A DNA stretch of 64,000 bases from Nannocystis bainbridge (lineage in GTDB: Bacteria > Myxococcota_A > Polyangia > Nannocystales > Nannocystaceae), in NCBI RefSeq assembly GCF_028368995.1, contig NZ_JAQNDL010000001.1, positions 3,808,001 to 3,872,000 on the forward strand, in the 5' to 3' direction. Positions 40,538-48,851 of the stretch are shown here, one piece after another. The position numbers were made by a program, and so were the translations under genes. How positions within the stretch are numbered: the first letter of the stretch is position 1; the number at the start of each line of letters is the position of its first letter. The notes under the pieces were generated by a model that saw only the letters and a program-made list of their open reading frames with translations, did not search any database and had not been told where the DNA came from.

Positions 40538-42046
40538 ATGAACCAGCCGCTGCCCGTGACCTCGCCCTCGTCGCCGCCCCCGTTCCGCCCGTCGCGCAAC
40601 CCCATCGTCCGCCTGGTCCTGTGGTTCACCGAACCATCGATGATCAAGGGCATGGCGGTGGGCGTCGTGCTGGCGCTGCTCGGCGGCGTCGCGCTCAAGC
40701 TCGACGCCGCCTGGTACATCGCCAGCGGCCTGATGCTCGTGCTGGCCGCGCTGGTGTTCGGCGCCGTCGTCGGCCACTACATGTTCGAGGCGCGCCGCAA
40801 GCGCTTGCAGCGGCACGGGCTCGACATGCTGCGCCAGGCCGGCAGCGAGCTGCCCGGCCTCGGCGACGAGCTCGCCGTCGTGGTCCTGCAGCGCGACATG
40901 AGCCACCTCCCGAGCGTCTGGGAGCGCCTCCGTCGCCTGCGCCCCGCCGTCGAGGAGGTCGCCGGCCTCGGCTTCGCCGCCTTCTTCCGCATGGCCGCGC
41001 TGTCGGCCCTGTTCGCGGTCCTCGGCAGCGCGATCAGCTTCGCCGTGTTCCTCACCTCGTTCATGCAGGTCGAGCGCATGACCGAGCAGAACGAGCTCAT
41101 CCGGGTCCAGACCGACCTCACGATCAAGCAGCTCGCGTTCGAGGAGAAGCGCCAGGCCGTCGAGATCGCCCTCAGCATCGCCGACCGGCGCCAGACCACC
41201 GCCCGCGAGGTGTTCGCCGCGATCGCCAGCGACCCCGGCAAGGGCGGCGGCGAGCGCAAGGAGCTGACCCAAGGGACACGTCTCCTCATCACCGCCACCG
41301 TCTCGCAGCTGCAGCCGTACAAGGGCGTCGACCCGGTCGACAACGCCGTCACCGAGGACATCAAGAGCCCCGAGCAGGAGCAGGTCCTGCGCTACCTCTC
41401 GGCCGTCAACGTCGATGTCAGCGAGATCGACCTGTCTCGCGCCTTCCTCAACCACGTCGACCTGCACAGCACCGAGCTGCCGCAGCTCCAGCTCCCGGGC
41501 GTCAGCATCCGCCAGGCCGCGCTCTACGACGCCAAGTTCCCGGCCGCCAACCTGGCCCTCGCCGACCTGTCGATCTCCCAGCTCGCGCGCACCGACCTGT
41601 CCGGCGCCAACCTCACCGACGCCAAGCTGGTCGACGCCATCCTCGTCGACGCCGTGCTCACCGACGCCAACCTCGTGCGCGCCGACCTCACCCGCGCCAG
41701 CCTGCGCAAGACTGTGCTCACCAAGGCCCAGCTCGGCAGCGCCATCCTGCACGGCGTCGACTTCACGCAGTGCGACCTCGCCACCACCGACCTCACCGAC
41801 GCCGACCTGGCGCTTGCCGACCTCAGCGCCCTCGACCGCACCCCACTGGTCCCCAAGACCCGCGCCGCCGGCTCGTGGTGGCTGGCCGTCTACAGCGACG
41901 ACTACGCCGCCAAGCTCGGCGTCAGCCCGGCCCAGAACGCCAAGAACCGCGAAGCCATGACCCGCATGCGCGCCGCCCCGACGATCGACGAGGCGCGAGC
42001 GATCGTCGCCGAGGCCAAGGCCGCCGCCCCGAGCGCACCAGGGTGA
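40538..42046 (+). CDS. Membrane-anchored pentapeptide-repeat protein
   Basis: N-terminal TM helices; A(D/N)Lxx repeats. Confidence 0.88.
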   Translation: MNQPLPVTSPSSPPPFRPSRNPIVRLVLWFTEPSMIKGMAVGVVLALLGGVALKLDAAWYIASGLMLVLAALVFGAVVGHYMFEARRKRLQRHGLDMLRQAGSELPGLGDELAVVVLQRDMSHLPSVWERLRRLRPAVEEVAGLGFAAFFRMAALSALFAVLGSAISFAVFLTSFMQVERMTEQNELIRVQTDLTIKQLAFEEKRQAVEIALSIADRRQTTAREVFAAIASDPGKGGGERKELTQGTRLLITATVSQLQPYKGVDPVDNAVTEDIKSPEQEQVLRYLSAVNVDVSEIDLSRAFLNHVDLHSTELPQLQLPGVSIRQAALYDAKFPAANLALADLSISQLARTDLSGANLTDAKLVDAILVDAVLTDANLVRADLTRASLRKTVLTKAQLGSAILHGVDFTQCDLATTDLTDADLALADLSALDRTPLVPKTRAAGSWWLAVYSDDYAAKLGVSPAQNAKNREAMTRMRAAPTIDEARAIVAEAKAAAPSAPG

Positions 42047-42440
42047 CATGGCGTAATGGGCATGTCTGTTCGCACATGTCCCTTCGACCCGGCGCTCAGC
42101 AGCATCCATCACCCGGAGCCCGCAAACGTTTCGCGGCGTCCATCCCGCGCTCGTCTCGCGGCTGCGCGTGGCTGCGTCTCCCACCTCGAGCAGACGGAGA
42201 TCCCAGCGGCGCGCTCCCTCGCTTCGCTCTCGCGCGGAGCTCCCGCTCGCTCGCTTCGCCCTCGCGCGCTCCCTCGCGCCCTCGCTCGTCCGCGCGGCGC
42301 TCGCCGTGTCGACCGCCGCGCCGCGCCGCGCGTCCGGTTCAGCGCTCGTGGCGCCCACGGCGTCGCGCTCGCGTCTTCACCCGGGTTGACGGCCCCTGCG
42401 GCCCGGTGATAAGCGAGCACTTAATCAACGACGAGGCGTC

Positions 42441-44561
42441 ATGGCGTACCTCCTTCACAGCCCGCTCTGCCTGCTCATCGCGCAACTCGTCGTCATCATC
42501 ATCACGGCGCGCCTCCTCGGCCTCGCGGCGCGGAAGATCCACCAGCCGCTGGTGATCGCCGAGGTCGTCGCCGGCATCCTGCTCGGGCCCTCGCTGCTCG
42601 GCGCGGTCGCGCCCGACGTCAAGGCCGCGCTGTTCCCCACGGCCTCGCTCGGCATCCTCGGCATGCTCAGCCAGGTCGGCCTGCTGCTCTTCATGTTCCT
42701 GGTCGGCCTCGAGATGGACCTCGGCCTGCTGCGCGGGCGCGGCCGCGCCTCGGTGCTCATCAGCCACACCAGCATCGTCGCCCCGTTCGCGCTCGGCACC
42801 GTGCTGGCGCTCTACATCTACCCGACGCTCATGCCCGAGGGCGTCGCGTTCTCGTCGTTCACCCTGTTCATGGGCGTGGCGATGAGCATCACCGCCTTCC
42901 CGGTGCTGGCGCGCATCCTCACCGAACGCCGCCTGCTCCGCACCAAGGTCGGCGCCGTCACCATCACCTGCGCCGCCGTCGACGACGTGACCGCGTGGTG
43001 CATCCTCGCCTTCGTCGTCTCGATCGTCCGGGCCACCGCGCTGACCGAGGCCGTCGTCACCACCGTCCTCGCCGTCGCCTACACCGTCGGCATGCTGACG
43101 GTCGTGCGGCCGTTCCTGGCCCGCCTGGCCGCGCGCGGCACCGGCCGCGAGGGCCTGACGCAGAACGTCGTCGCCTTCACCTTCGTGCTGCTGTTCCTGT
43201 CGGCCTGGGCGACCGAGCTGATCGGCATCCACGCGCTGTTCGGCGCCTTTTTGATGGGCGCGATCATCCCGCGCGAGGGCGGCTTCGCCCGCGTGCTGGC
43301 GGAGAAGCTCGAGGACATCGTCGTCATCGTCCTGCTGCCGACCTTCTTCGCGCTCAGCGGCCTGCGCACCCACATCGGCCTGCTCAACACGCCCGAGGCG
43401 TGGGTCCAGTGCCTGCTCATCATCGTCGTCGCCTGCCTCGGCAAGTTCGGCGGCAGCTACGTGGCCGCCCGCTGGACCGGCCTCGGCTGGCGCGAGTCGA
43501 CGGCGCTCGGCATCCTGATGAACACCCGCGGGTTGATGGAGCTGATCGTCCTCAACATCGGCCTCGACCTCGGGGTGATCTCTCCGACGCTGTTCACGAT
43601 GATGGTCATCATGGCGCTGGTCACGACCTTCATGACGACGCCGATCTTGCAGCTGGTGTACCCGCCGGAGCTGCTGGCCCAGGAGCTGGTCGAGCCGCCG
43701 CCGACCGACATGCGCGCGACCTTGCCCGAGGGCTTCAGCGTCCTGATGTGCGTCGCCTTCGACCGCTCCGGCCCCGGCATGGCCCAGATCGCCGGCGCCC
43801 TGGTCGGCAAGCAGAACCCCGCCGATCGCCTCTACGGCTTGCAGCTGCACCGACCGGCCGAGCGCACCTCGACCCTGGTCGAGGGCGGCGACGACCTCGA
43901 GAGCCCCAGCGCGCTCGACCCGCTGCTCGCGCGCGGCCGCGACCACGGGCTCAACGTGCGGCCGATGTCGTTCGTCTCCGGCGAGCCGGCGCACGACATC
44001 TGCAGCGTCGCCGAGGTCAAGGACGTCGACCTGATCCTGCTCGGCTGGCACAAGACCCTGTTCGGTCAGGCCCTGCTCGGCGGCATGGTGCACGACGTCA
44101 TGAAGGACGCGCCGGCCGACGTCGCCGTGCTCGTCAGCCGCGACCTCGGGGCGGTGCGCCGGGTCCTGGTCCCGTTCTGCGGCTCGCTGCACGACGAGGT
44201 CGCGGTCCGCCTGGCGCGGCGCATGGCCTTCGCCATCGGCGCCGAGATCACGATCCTCCGCATCCGCGTGCGCGACGCCAACGCCCCGCGCGTCGACGCC
44301 TTCCTCGCCGACATGGCCGCCGACCGCGTCACCGTGGTCGAGGCCGACGACGACGGCAACAGCGCGGTCGACCTGGTGGTCAAGGCCGCCGCGGGCCAGG
44401 ACCTCGTCATTCTCGGCGCCACCCCGCTGTCGGCCGACGAGATCATGACGCGCTGCCCGACCTCGTTCCTGGTCGTGCATCACCGCGAGCGGCCCCAGAC
44501 CGCCGCGCGGCGCCCCCGGCCGCTCACCGAACCGCAGGCCGGGGCCGTCGCGAACGGCTAG
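42441..44561 (+). CDS. Cation/H+ antiporter (CPA2) with C-terminal USP-like domains
   Basis: QPLVIAEVVAGILLGPS, SITAFPVLARIL, AAVDD, GILMNTRGL.EL. Confidence 0.92.
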   Translation: MAYLLHSPLCLLIAQLVVIIITARLLGLAARKIHQPLVIAEVVAGILLGPSLLGAVAPDVKAALFPTASLGILGMLSQVGLLLFMFLVGLEMDLGLLRGRGRASVLISHTSIVAPFALGTVLALYIYPTLMPEGVAFSSFTLFMGVAMSITAFPVLARILTERRLLRTKVGAVTITCAAVDDVTAWCILAFVVSIVRATALTEAVVTTVLAVAYTVGMLTVVRPFLARLAARGTGREGLTQNVVAFTFVLLFLSAWATELIGIHALFGAFLMGAIIPREGGFARVLAEKLEDIVVIVLLPTFFALSGLRTHIGLLNTPEAWVQCLLIIVVACLGKFGGSYVAARWTGLGWRESTALGILMNTRGLMELIVLNIGLDLGVISPTLFTMMVIMALVTTFMTTPILQLVYPPELLAQELVEPPPTDMRATLPEGFSVLMCVAFDRSGPGMAQIAGALVGKQNPADRLYGLQLHRPAERTSTLVEGGDDLESPSALDPLLARGRDHGLNVRPMSFVSGEPAHDICSVAEVKDVDLILLGWHKTLFGQALLGGMVHDVMKDAPADVAVLVSRDLGAVRRVLVPFCGSLHDEVAVRLARRMAFAIGAEITILRIRVRDANAPRVDAFLADMAADRVTVVEADDDGNSAVDLVVKAAAGQDLVILGATPLSADEIMTRCPTSFLVVHHRERPQTAARRPRPLTEPQAGAVANG

Positions 44562-44582
44562 GCATCACCCCGCGAGCCACCC

Positions 44583-45395
44583 ATGCACTTCGGCGCCACC
44601 CTCCGCCTCCTCCGCGTCGACGCCGGCGTCAGCCTCCGCGCCCTCGCGCAGAAGATCGGCGTCTCGAGCGCGTACCTCAGCCGGGTCGAGAACGGCCACG
44701 ATCAGGCCCCCACGCCCGATCGCCTGCTGGCCATCGCCCGCGAGCTCGAGCTCCCGCCGACCCTCCTCATCGACCTGGCCCAGCGCGTCTCGCCGTTCGT
44801 CGCTCGCTACCTCGAGGATGTGCCCGCGGCCAACTCGCTGTTCCTCGAGATCGCGCGGCGCAAGCTCAACGCGGCCCAGCTCGCGCGCGTGCACGCCTTC
44901 CTCGAGGCCGAGTTCCCGGCCCGCAGCGTCGCTCGCTCGACCACCCCGCGCCTGCATCAGCTGCTCGCGCCGGAGCGGGTGATCCTCAAGCTGTCGTGCA
45001 GCTACCTCGGCGACGCCATCGACGTCGCCGCCGTGCGCCTCGCCGGCGCCGCCCCCGGCCTCAACGCCGCCGTCATCGCCGGCGAGATCCGCGAACGCGA
45101 GCGCGAATCGCCGACCGGCATCGGTCACGGCGTCGCCGTCCCTCACGCCCTCACCCCGGACATCCAGCCCGTCGCCGCGCTCGTCACCCTCGCCCGGCCG
45201 CTGCAGGTCGCCACGCCCGACGACATCCCGCTGCAGATGCTCCTCGTGATCCTCGGCGGCGGCAAAGCGCCGCTCGAGCTGCTGGCCCGCGCCGCCCGCC
45301 TCGCCACCCCCGAGACCGTCGCCGAGCTGTGCCAGGCGAGCTCGCCCGAGGCCGCGCTGGGGCGCGTGCGCAGCGTCGAGAGCGAGTTCGACTGA
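44583..45395 (+). CDS. XRE-family HTH fused to PTS EIIA (PtsN-like) domain
   Basis: SLRALA..IGVS.AYLSRVENG; RE.ESPTGIGHGVAVPHA with phospho-His. Confidence 0.88.
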   Translation: MHFGATLRLLRVDAGVSLRALAQKIGVSSAYLSRVENGHDQAPTPDRLLAIARELELPPTLLIDLAQRVSPFVARYLEDVPAANSLFLEIARRKLNAAQLARVHAFLEAEFPARSVARSTTPRLHQLLAPERVILKLSCSYLGDAIDVAAVRLAGAAPGLNAAVIAGEIRERERESPTGIGHGVAVPHALTPDIQPVAALVTLARPLQVATPDDIPLQMLLVILGGGKAPLELLARAARLATPETVAELCQASSPEAALGRVRSVESEFD

Positions 45396-45396
45396 C

Positions 45397-46050
45397 ATGC
45401 GGGCCGACGATCCGCCGGGAGACTTCGCGCGGGTCCGCGAGCTGCTTCAGGGCGCGCCCTTCACCTCGCGGCCGCGATCCGTCGTCACGACGATGCTGCG
45501 CGTCCTGTTCACCGGCGACACCGACACCGAGATCAGCGCGCGCGGGTTCACCGTCAGGTTCATCGGCGGCCGCACCCTGTCGTACGTCACCGAGCCGGCA
45601 GCGGCCACGCTGCACGTGCTGCTGAGCCGCGCGAACATCTGTCCTCGAGGACAGCCGCTCGCGTTCCGCCTCGCCGAGGAGGACGGCCACGCGCTGGTGG
45701 GCTTCGCCGACGCCGCGCGCTGGGTGTGGATCTTCCCTGGCGACGATCTGGTGCTGGTGTCGTTGCGCCGGCCGACATGCCCCGGACCGCCGCCCGCCGA
45801 TCTCCCGCCGCTGCCGCTGCCGACGCCGGTCAAGAAGCTCTACGCCCACCTGGCGCTGCCGCTGCCGTGCCCGTGTTGCGGTCGCTCTGCGACCGTCTAT
45901 CGCGCGGCCCCGGATGCGTGGATCTGCGGCGACCCGCGTTGCGGGCGATCGTTCAGCCCGCCGCAGCGGACCCGCGCGCTCGCGGAGCTGCGCGAGGACG
46001 CTGGCGTCGTCGTGCGCGAGTCGAGCGCCCGCCCGAAGATCTACCGCTGA
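45397..46050 (+). CDS. Hypothetical protein with possible Zn-ribbon
   Basis: Starts 1 bp after upstream stop; CPCCG ... CGDPRCG. Confidence 0.5.
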   Translation: MRADDPPGDFARVRELLQGAPFTSRPRSVVTTMLRVLFTGDTDTEISARGFTVRFIGGRTLSYVTEPAAATLHVLLSRANICPRGQPLAFRLAEEDGHALVGFADAARWVWIFPGDDLVLVSLRRPTCPGPPPADLPPLPLPTPVKKLYAHLALPLPCPCCGRSATVYRAAPDAWICGDPRCGRSFSPPQRTRALAELREDAGVVVRESSARPKIYR

Positions 46051-46060
46051 CGAAAAAGGC

Positions 46061-46190
46061 GGGTCGCGACGAAGTTCGAAGTGACATTTTACCACGCGCT
46101 CTACCAGGCTGAGCCACCGCCCCGAAGGGCGGGCTGGATTCGAACCAGCGACCTCGTGGTCCCTTGTAGTCACTTCGGCATTCGCGACCC
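46061..46190 (-). ncRNA. Y RNA-like unit 7 (YrlA-type, permuted tRNA-like domain)
   Basis: GGGUCGCGA/UCGCGACCC terminal stem; CGAAUGC..GACUACA; T arm GCUGG-UUCGAAU-CCAGC; acceptor CCGCCC-UUCG-GGGCGG; D arm GCUC-AGCCUGGUA-GAGC. Confidence 0.88.
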
Positions 46191-46200
46191 TGAAGAAGGC

Positions 46201-46267
46201 AGCTGCGACGAGAAATCGGCGAGACGTGCGTCGTGAAAGGATGTAGTCCCGCCAAGCATTCGCAGCC
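46201..46267 (-). ncRNA. Y RNA-like unit 6 (short, no tRNA domain)
   Basis: GGCUGCGAAUGC..GGCGGGACUACA..GUCUCGCC..UCGUCGCAGCU. Confidence 0.75.
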
Positions 46268-46277
46268 AAAGATAGGT

Positions 46278-46410
46278 GGACCTCGACGAAAGGTACGGAG
46301 ACATTCGTGCTCTACCGGGCTGAGCTACCGCCCCGTGGAGATGGAGCGGGTCGGATTCGAACCGACGACCTCGACATTAAAAATGTAGTCCCCGCGGGCA
46401 TTCGAGGCCC
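46278..46410 (-). ncRNA. Y RNA-like unit 5 (YrlA-type)
   Basis: GGGCCUCGAAUGC; T arm GUCGG-UUCGAAU-CCGAC; acceptor CCGCUCC-AUCUCCAC-GGGGCGG; D arm GCUC-AGCCCGGUA-GAGC. Confidence 0.88.
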
Positions 46411-46437
46411 AAAACGGTATGTGTGCACAGAGAAGGT

Positions 46438-46572
46438 GGACCCCGACGAGGGTCGAAGAGACGTTTACGCGCTCTGCCGCTGAGCTACCGCCCCGTACGA
46501 GTGGAGCGGGCTGGATTCGAACCAGCGACCTCGATCCCTGGAAGATGTAGTCTCTCCGGGCATTCGGAGTCC
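46438..46572 (-). ncRNA. Y RNA-like unit 4 (YrlA-type)
   Basis: GGACUCCGAAUGC; T arm GCUGG-UUCGAAU-CCAGC; acceptor CCGCUCC-ACUCGUAC-GGGGCGG; D arm GCUC-AGCGGCA-GAGC. Confidence 0.88.
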
Positions 46573-46596
46573 AAAAGCCGGGTGTGAAGAAAAGGT

Positions 46597-46732
46597 GGGC
46601 CTCGACGAGGGATCGAAGAGACGAACTGCGGTCCGCTCTACCGCTGAGCTACCGCTCCATGGGTTCGGAGCGGGCCGGATTCGAACCGACGACCGTACCG
46701 TTAAAATGTAGTCCCCTCGGCATTCGGGGCCC
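46597..46732 (-). ncRNA. Y RNA-like unit 3 (YrlA-type)
   Basis: GGGCCCCGAAUGC; T arm GUCGG-UUCGAAU-CCGGC; acceptor CCGCUCC-GAACCCAU-GGAGCGG; D arm GCUC-AGCGGUA-GAGC. Confidence 0.88.
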
Positions 46733-46755
46733 GAAATCGTCGGGCGTAAAAAGGT

Positions 46756-46881
46756 GGGCTTCGACCAGGTGTTGAAGAGACATACGGGCGTTCTACCCCT
46801 GAACCACCGACCCTCGCGGGCCGGGCCGGACTCGAACCGGCGTCCCCCTTTGGAATGTAGTCCCTTCGGCATTCGAAGCCC
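46756..46881 (-). ncRNA. Y RNA-like unit 2 (YrlA-type)
   Basis: GGGCUUCGA/UCGAAGCCC; T arm GCCGG-UUCGAGU-CCGGC; acceptor CCGGCCC-GCGA-GGGUCGG; D arm GUUC-AGGGGUA-GAAC. Confidence 0.85.
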
Positions 46882-46890
46882 GAAGAAGGC

Positions 46891-46955
46891 GGCTGCGACG
46901 AGGGTGGGCGAGACATCGTCAAACCAAGATGTAGTCCCGCCCTGCATTCGCAGCC
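46891..46955 (-). ncRNA. Y RNA-like unit 1 (short, no tRNA domain)
   Basis: GGCUGCGA/UCGCAGCC and GGGCGGGAC/GUCUCGCCC stems; CGAAUGC and GACUACA motifs; begins 14 nt after the rsr stop. Confidence 0.78.
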
Positions 46956-46969
46956 AAGGTTTCAGGCGT

Positions 46970-48523
46970 TCACAGCGTGACCGCCTCGATCGCGCGGACC
47001 CAGTGCTCGCCCGCGAGGCCGCCGCGCGCGAACGCGGCGATGAGTGAGAAGACGTCGTCCGAGAAGCCGCCGACGTTGAGGATGTCCTTTCGGTCAGGCG
47101 CCTGCGTGGTCGCCCCCGGCTGGATGTCGATGCAGACCAGCTTCGCCGCGGGGTTGCGGCCCTTGTAGGCCCGCCACTCCTCCATCACCTGGGTCCCGCG
47201 CCGGTACGTGTTGCGGGTGTCGATCCACGACTCGTTGTCCGACACGAAGATCACCAGGTCGCCCTTGGCCTTGCGGCGGTTCAGCTCCTGCAGGGGCGCC
47301 GCGCAGTTGGTCCCGCCGGACGGGAGCTTCGCCAGGCGCTGCGCGTTGGTGAGGACGCTGTCGTGGCCGTCGATCTTGCACGGCACGACCTTGTCGTGGA
47401 ACGGGATCACCTCGGTGTCACGGTTCTTGCGGAGGAACGCCGCCGCGACCAGGGCCGCCGCGTCGATGCACCGCACCGCCGAGGTCGCCCCCTTGCGGAA
47501 CCCCGTGGCCGGGGAGTGCATCGATCCCGAGACGTCGAGCAGGACATAGATCTGGCCCTCGACCTCGGGCACGTTGGTGAGCGCCGCCTCCATGGCGTCG
47601 TGGAGCGCGTCCCGGATCTTCTTCGGGATGGCGTCGTCGGCCTGCTTGTAGGCCATGAGCAGCTGGTACGGGAACACCCGCGCCTTCCGCACCTCGTCGG
47701 GCGACGCCAGCTTCTTGGCGAGCGCCTTGGTGAGCGTCGCGTCGTCGAAGACGCCGTGACGCAGGAAGGTGTTGAGGTTCATGCGCAGCATCTGCCAGCC
47801 GGCCCGGGCGGCGATGGCCCGCCACGCGCTCTCGCGCAGCGGCGTCCCGGTGAGCAGCTGGAACGGCACGTCCGGGACCTCGTCGGTGCGGCCGGCCTTG
47901 AAGTCCTCGAAGGCGCGCACGCACGCGGGCAGGGCCGCGGCGTCGTGCGGGCGGCCGAGCAGGTAGCCGTAGAGGGCCCGGCGGCCGTCGTTGGCCGGCT
48001 TGGGGTGGACCATCCGGACCACGTCCGTCAGCGACGGGTCGTTGCCGACCGAGTCACCGAGCACCTGCGCGTCGCTGCGGCGGTCGAGCCACCGCTGCAC
48101 CAGCCGCTTGGGCCGCGTCCCGAACGAACGCCGACCCGTCGCCCCCGACCGCACGATCTGCACGAAGTTGCGCAGCATCTTGCCGTTGTCGCACACCCGC
48201 CCGAACACCTTGTCGAGCATCAACCCGTTGCGGCTCGCCAGCTCCGCCAGGAGCAGCGCCGGCATGTCCTTCATGTGGCTGTGCTGCCGGGTGTACACGG
48301 CCGTCTTGGCGACGAACTCGGCGTCGACCTTGGCGACCAGCGCCTGCACCGCCTCGAGCTGCTTCTGACCGGACGCGTAGTAGGTGTTGTTGAGGCAACC
48401 GGTCGCGGCGTACTGAGCCAGCGCGTGCTTGTCGCTCAGGGCGTACGCCCGACCCCCTGCCTCGTTCACCGCGTCAGCGACGGGAGCGGCCTTGCGGGTG
48501 GTGAAGATCGAGAGGTTGACCAT
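46970..48523 (-). CDS. rsr: Ro60-related TROVE-domain RNA-binding protein (Rsr)
   Basis: NEAGG.AY, LAQYAATGC...TYY, LRMNL, ARVFPYQ, VWA MIDAS DVSGSM, GGT, SDNESW; AAGGAG RBS 6 nt before ATG at 48523. Confidence 0.93.
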   Translation of the reverse strand: MVNLSIFTTRKAAPVADAVNEAGGRAYALSDKHALAQYAATGCLNNTYYASGQKQLEAVQALVAKVDAEFVAKTAVYTRQHSHMKDMPALLLAELASRNGLMLDKVFGRVCDNGKMLRNFVQIVRSGATGRRSFGTRPKRLVQRWLDRRSDAQVLGDSVGNDPSLTDVVRMVHPKPANDGRRALYGYLLGRPHDAAALPACVRAFEDFKAGRTDEVPDVPFQLLTGTPLRESAWRAIAARAGWQMLRMNLNTFLRHGVFDDATLTKALAKKLASPDEVRKARVFPYQLLMAYKQADDAIPKKIRDALHDAMEAALTNVPEVEGQIYVLLDVSGSMHSPATGFRKGATSAVRCIDAAALVAAAFLRKNRDTEVIPFHDKVVPCKIDGHDSVLTNAQRLAKLPSGGTNCAAPLQELNRRKAKGDLVIFVSDNESWIDTRNTYRRGTQVMEEWRAYKGRNPAAKLVCIDIQPGATTQAPDRKDILNVGGFSDDVFSLIAAFARGGLAGEHWVRAIEAVTL

Positions 48524-48548
48524 GACGGGCTCCTTGTCAGACCCCTTG

Positions 48549-48564
48549 AGCAGGCATCGGACCG
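48549..48564 (-). promoter_or_regulatory. Candidate sigma-54 (-24/-12) promoter of rsr
   Basis: CGGTCCGATGCCTGCT = GG-N10-GC; predicted TSS just upstream of the RBS. Confidence 0.55.
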
Positions 48565-48851
48565 TGACCATGATGGCTTGCTGGATCTGCGTCATTCCGC
48601 GGAGTTGAATGGCTTTGCCCGGGGAAGAATGCAGCTTTGTTCTTATCCTTTGCTATCTACCGGTAGACGACCGTCGCGCGCGCGGATGAACACATGTCTC
48701 TTGGGTCACCTCGCATCGCACGCACGTCGACGCCTGCAGACCGCGGAGCACATGTCCTCCGAGACAGCCGGTCGCGCGTTGGGTTCTCGGATGTCCCTCG
48801 GGACAGGCCTGCGTCGCGCTACGCCTGACCTTCGAGACAGCTCGCGGAGCG

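Noticed and set aside
45639-45654. E. coli-type SOS box (CTGT-N8-ACAG) or p53-like decamer as the explanation for the 14-bp motif
   Set aside because: Spacing matches, but copies are far too frequent, often intragenic and tandem, and not tied to repair genes; the p53 half-site resemblance is treated as coincidence in a bacterium
46061-46881. Cluster of ordinary tRNA genes or tRNA pseudogenes / att sites
   Set aside because: The T arm precedes the D arm, there is no anticodon loop or terminal CCA, and each unit is enclosed by a conserved non-tRNA stem next to a TROVE gene; no integrase nearby
46061-46955. CRISPR array
   Set aside because: Units are structured and divergent with irregular lengths; no identical repeats, unique spacers or cas genes
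45953-47047. Short ORFs across the ncRNA array
   Set aside because: Atypical composition and no protein motifs; explained by the RNA genes
48524-48595. Longer rsr N-terminus from the ORF track
   Set aside because: Strong AAGGAG RBS and candidate promoter favour the ATG at 48523
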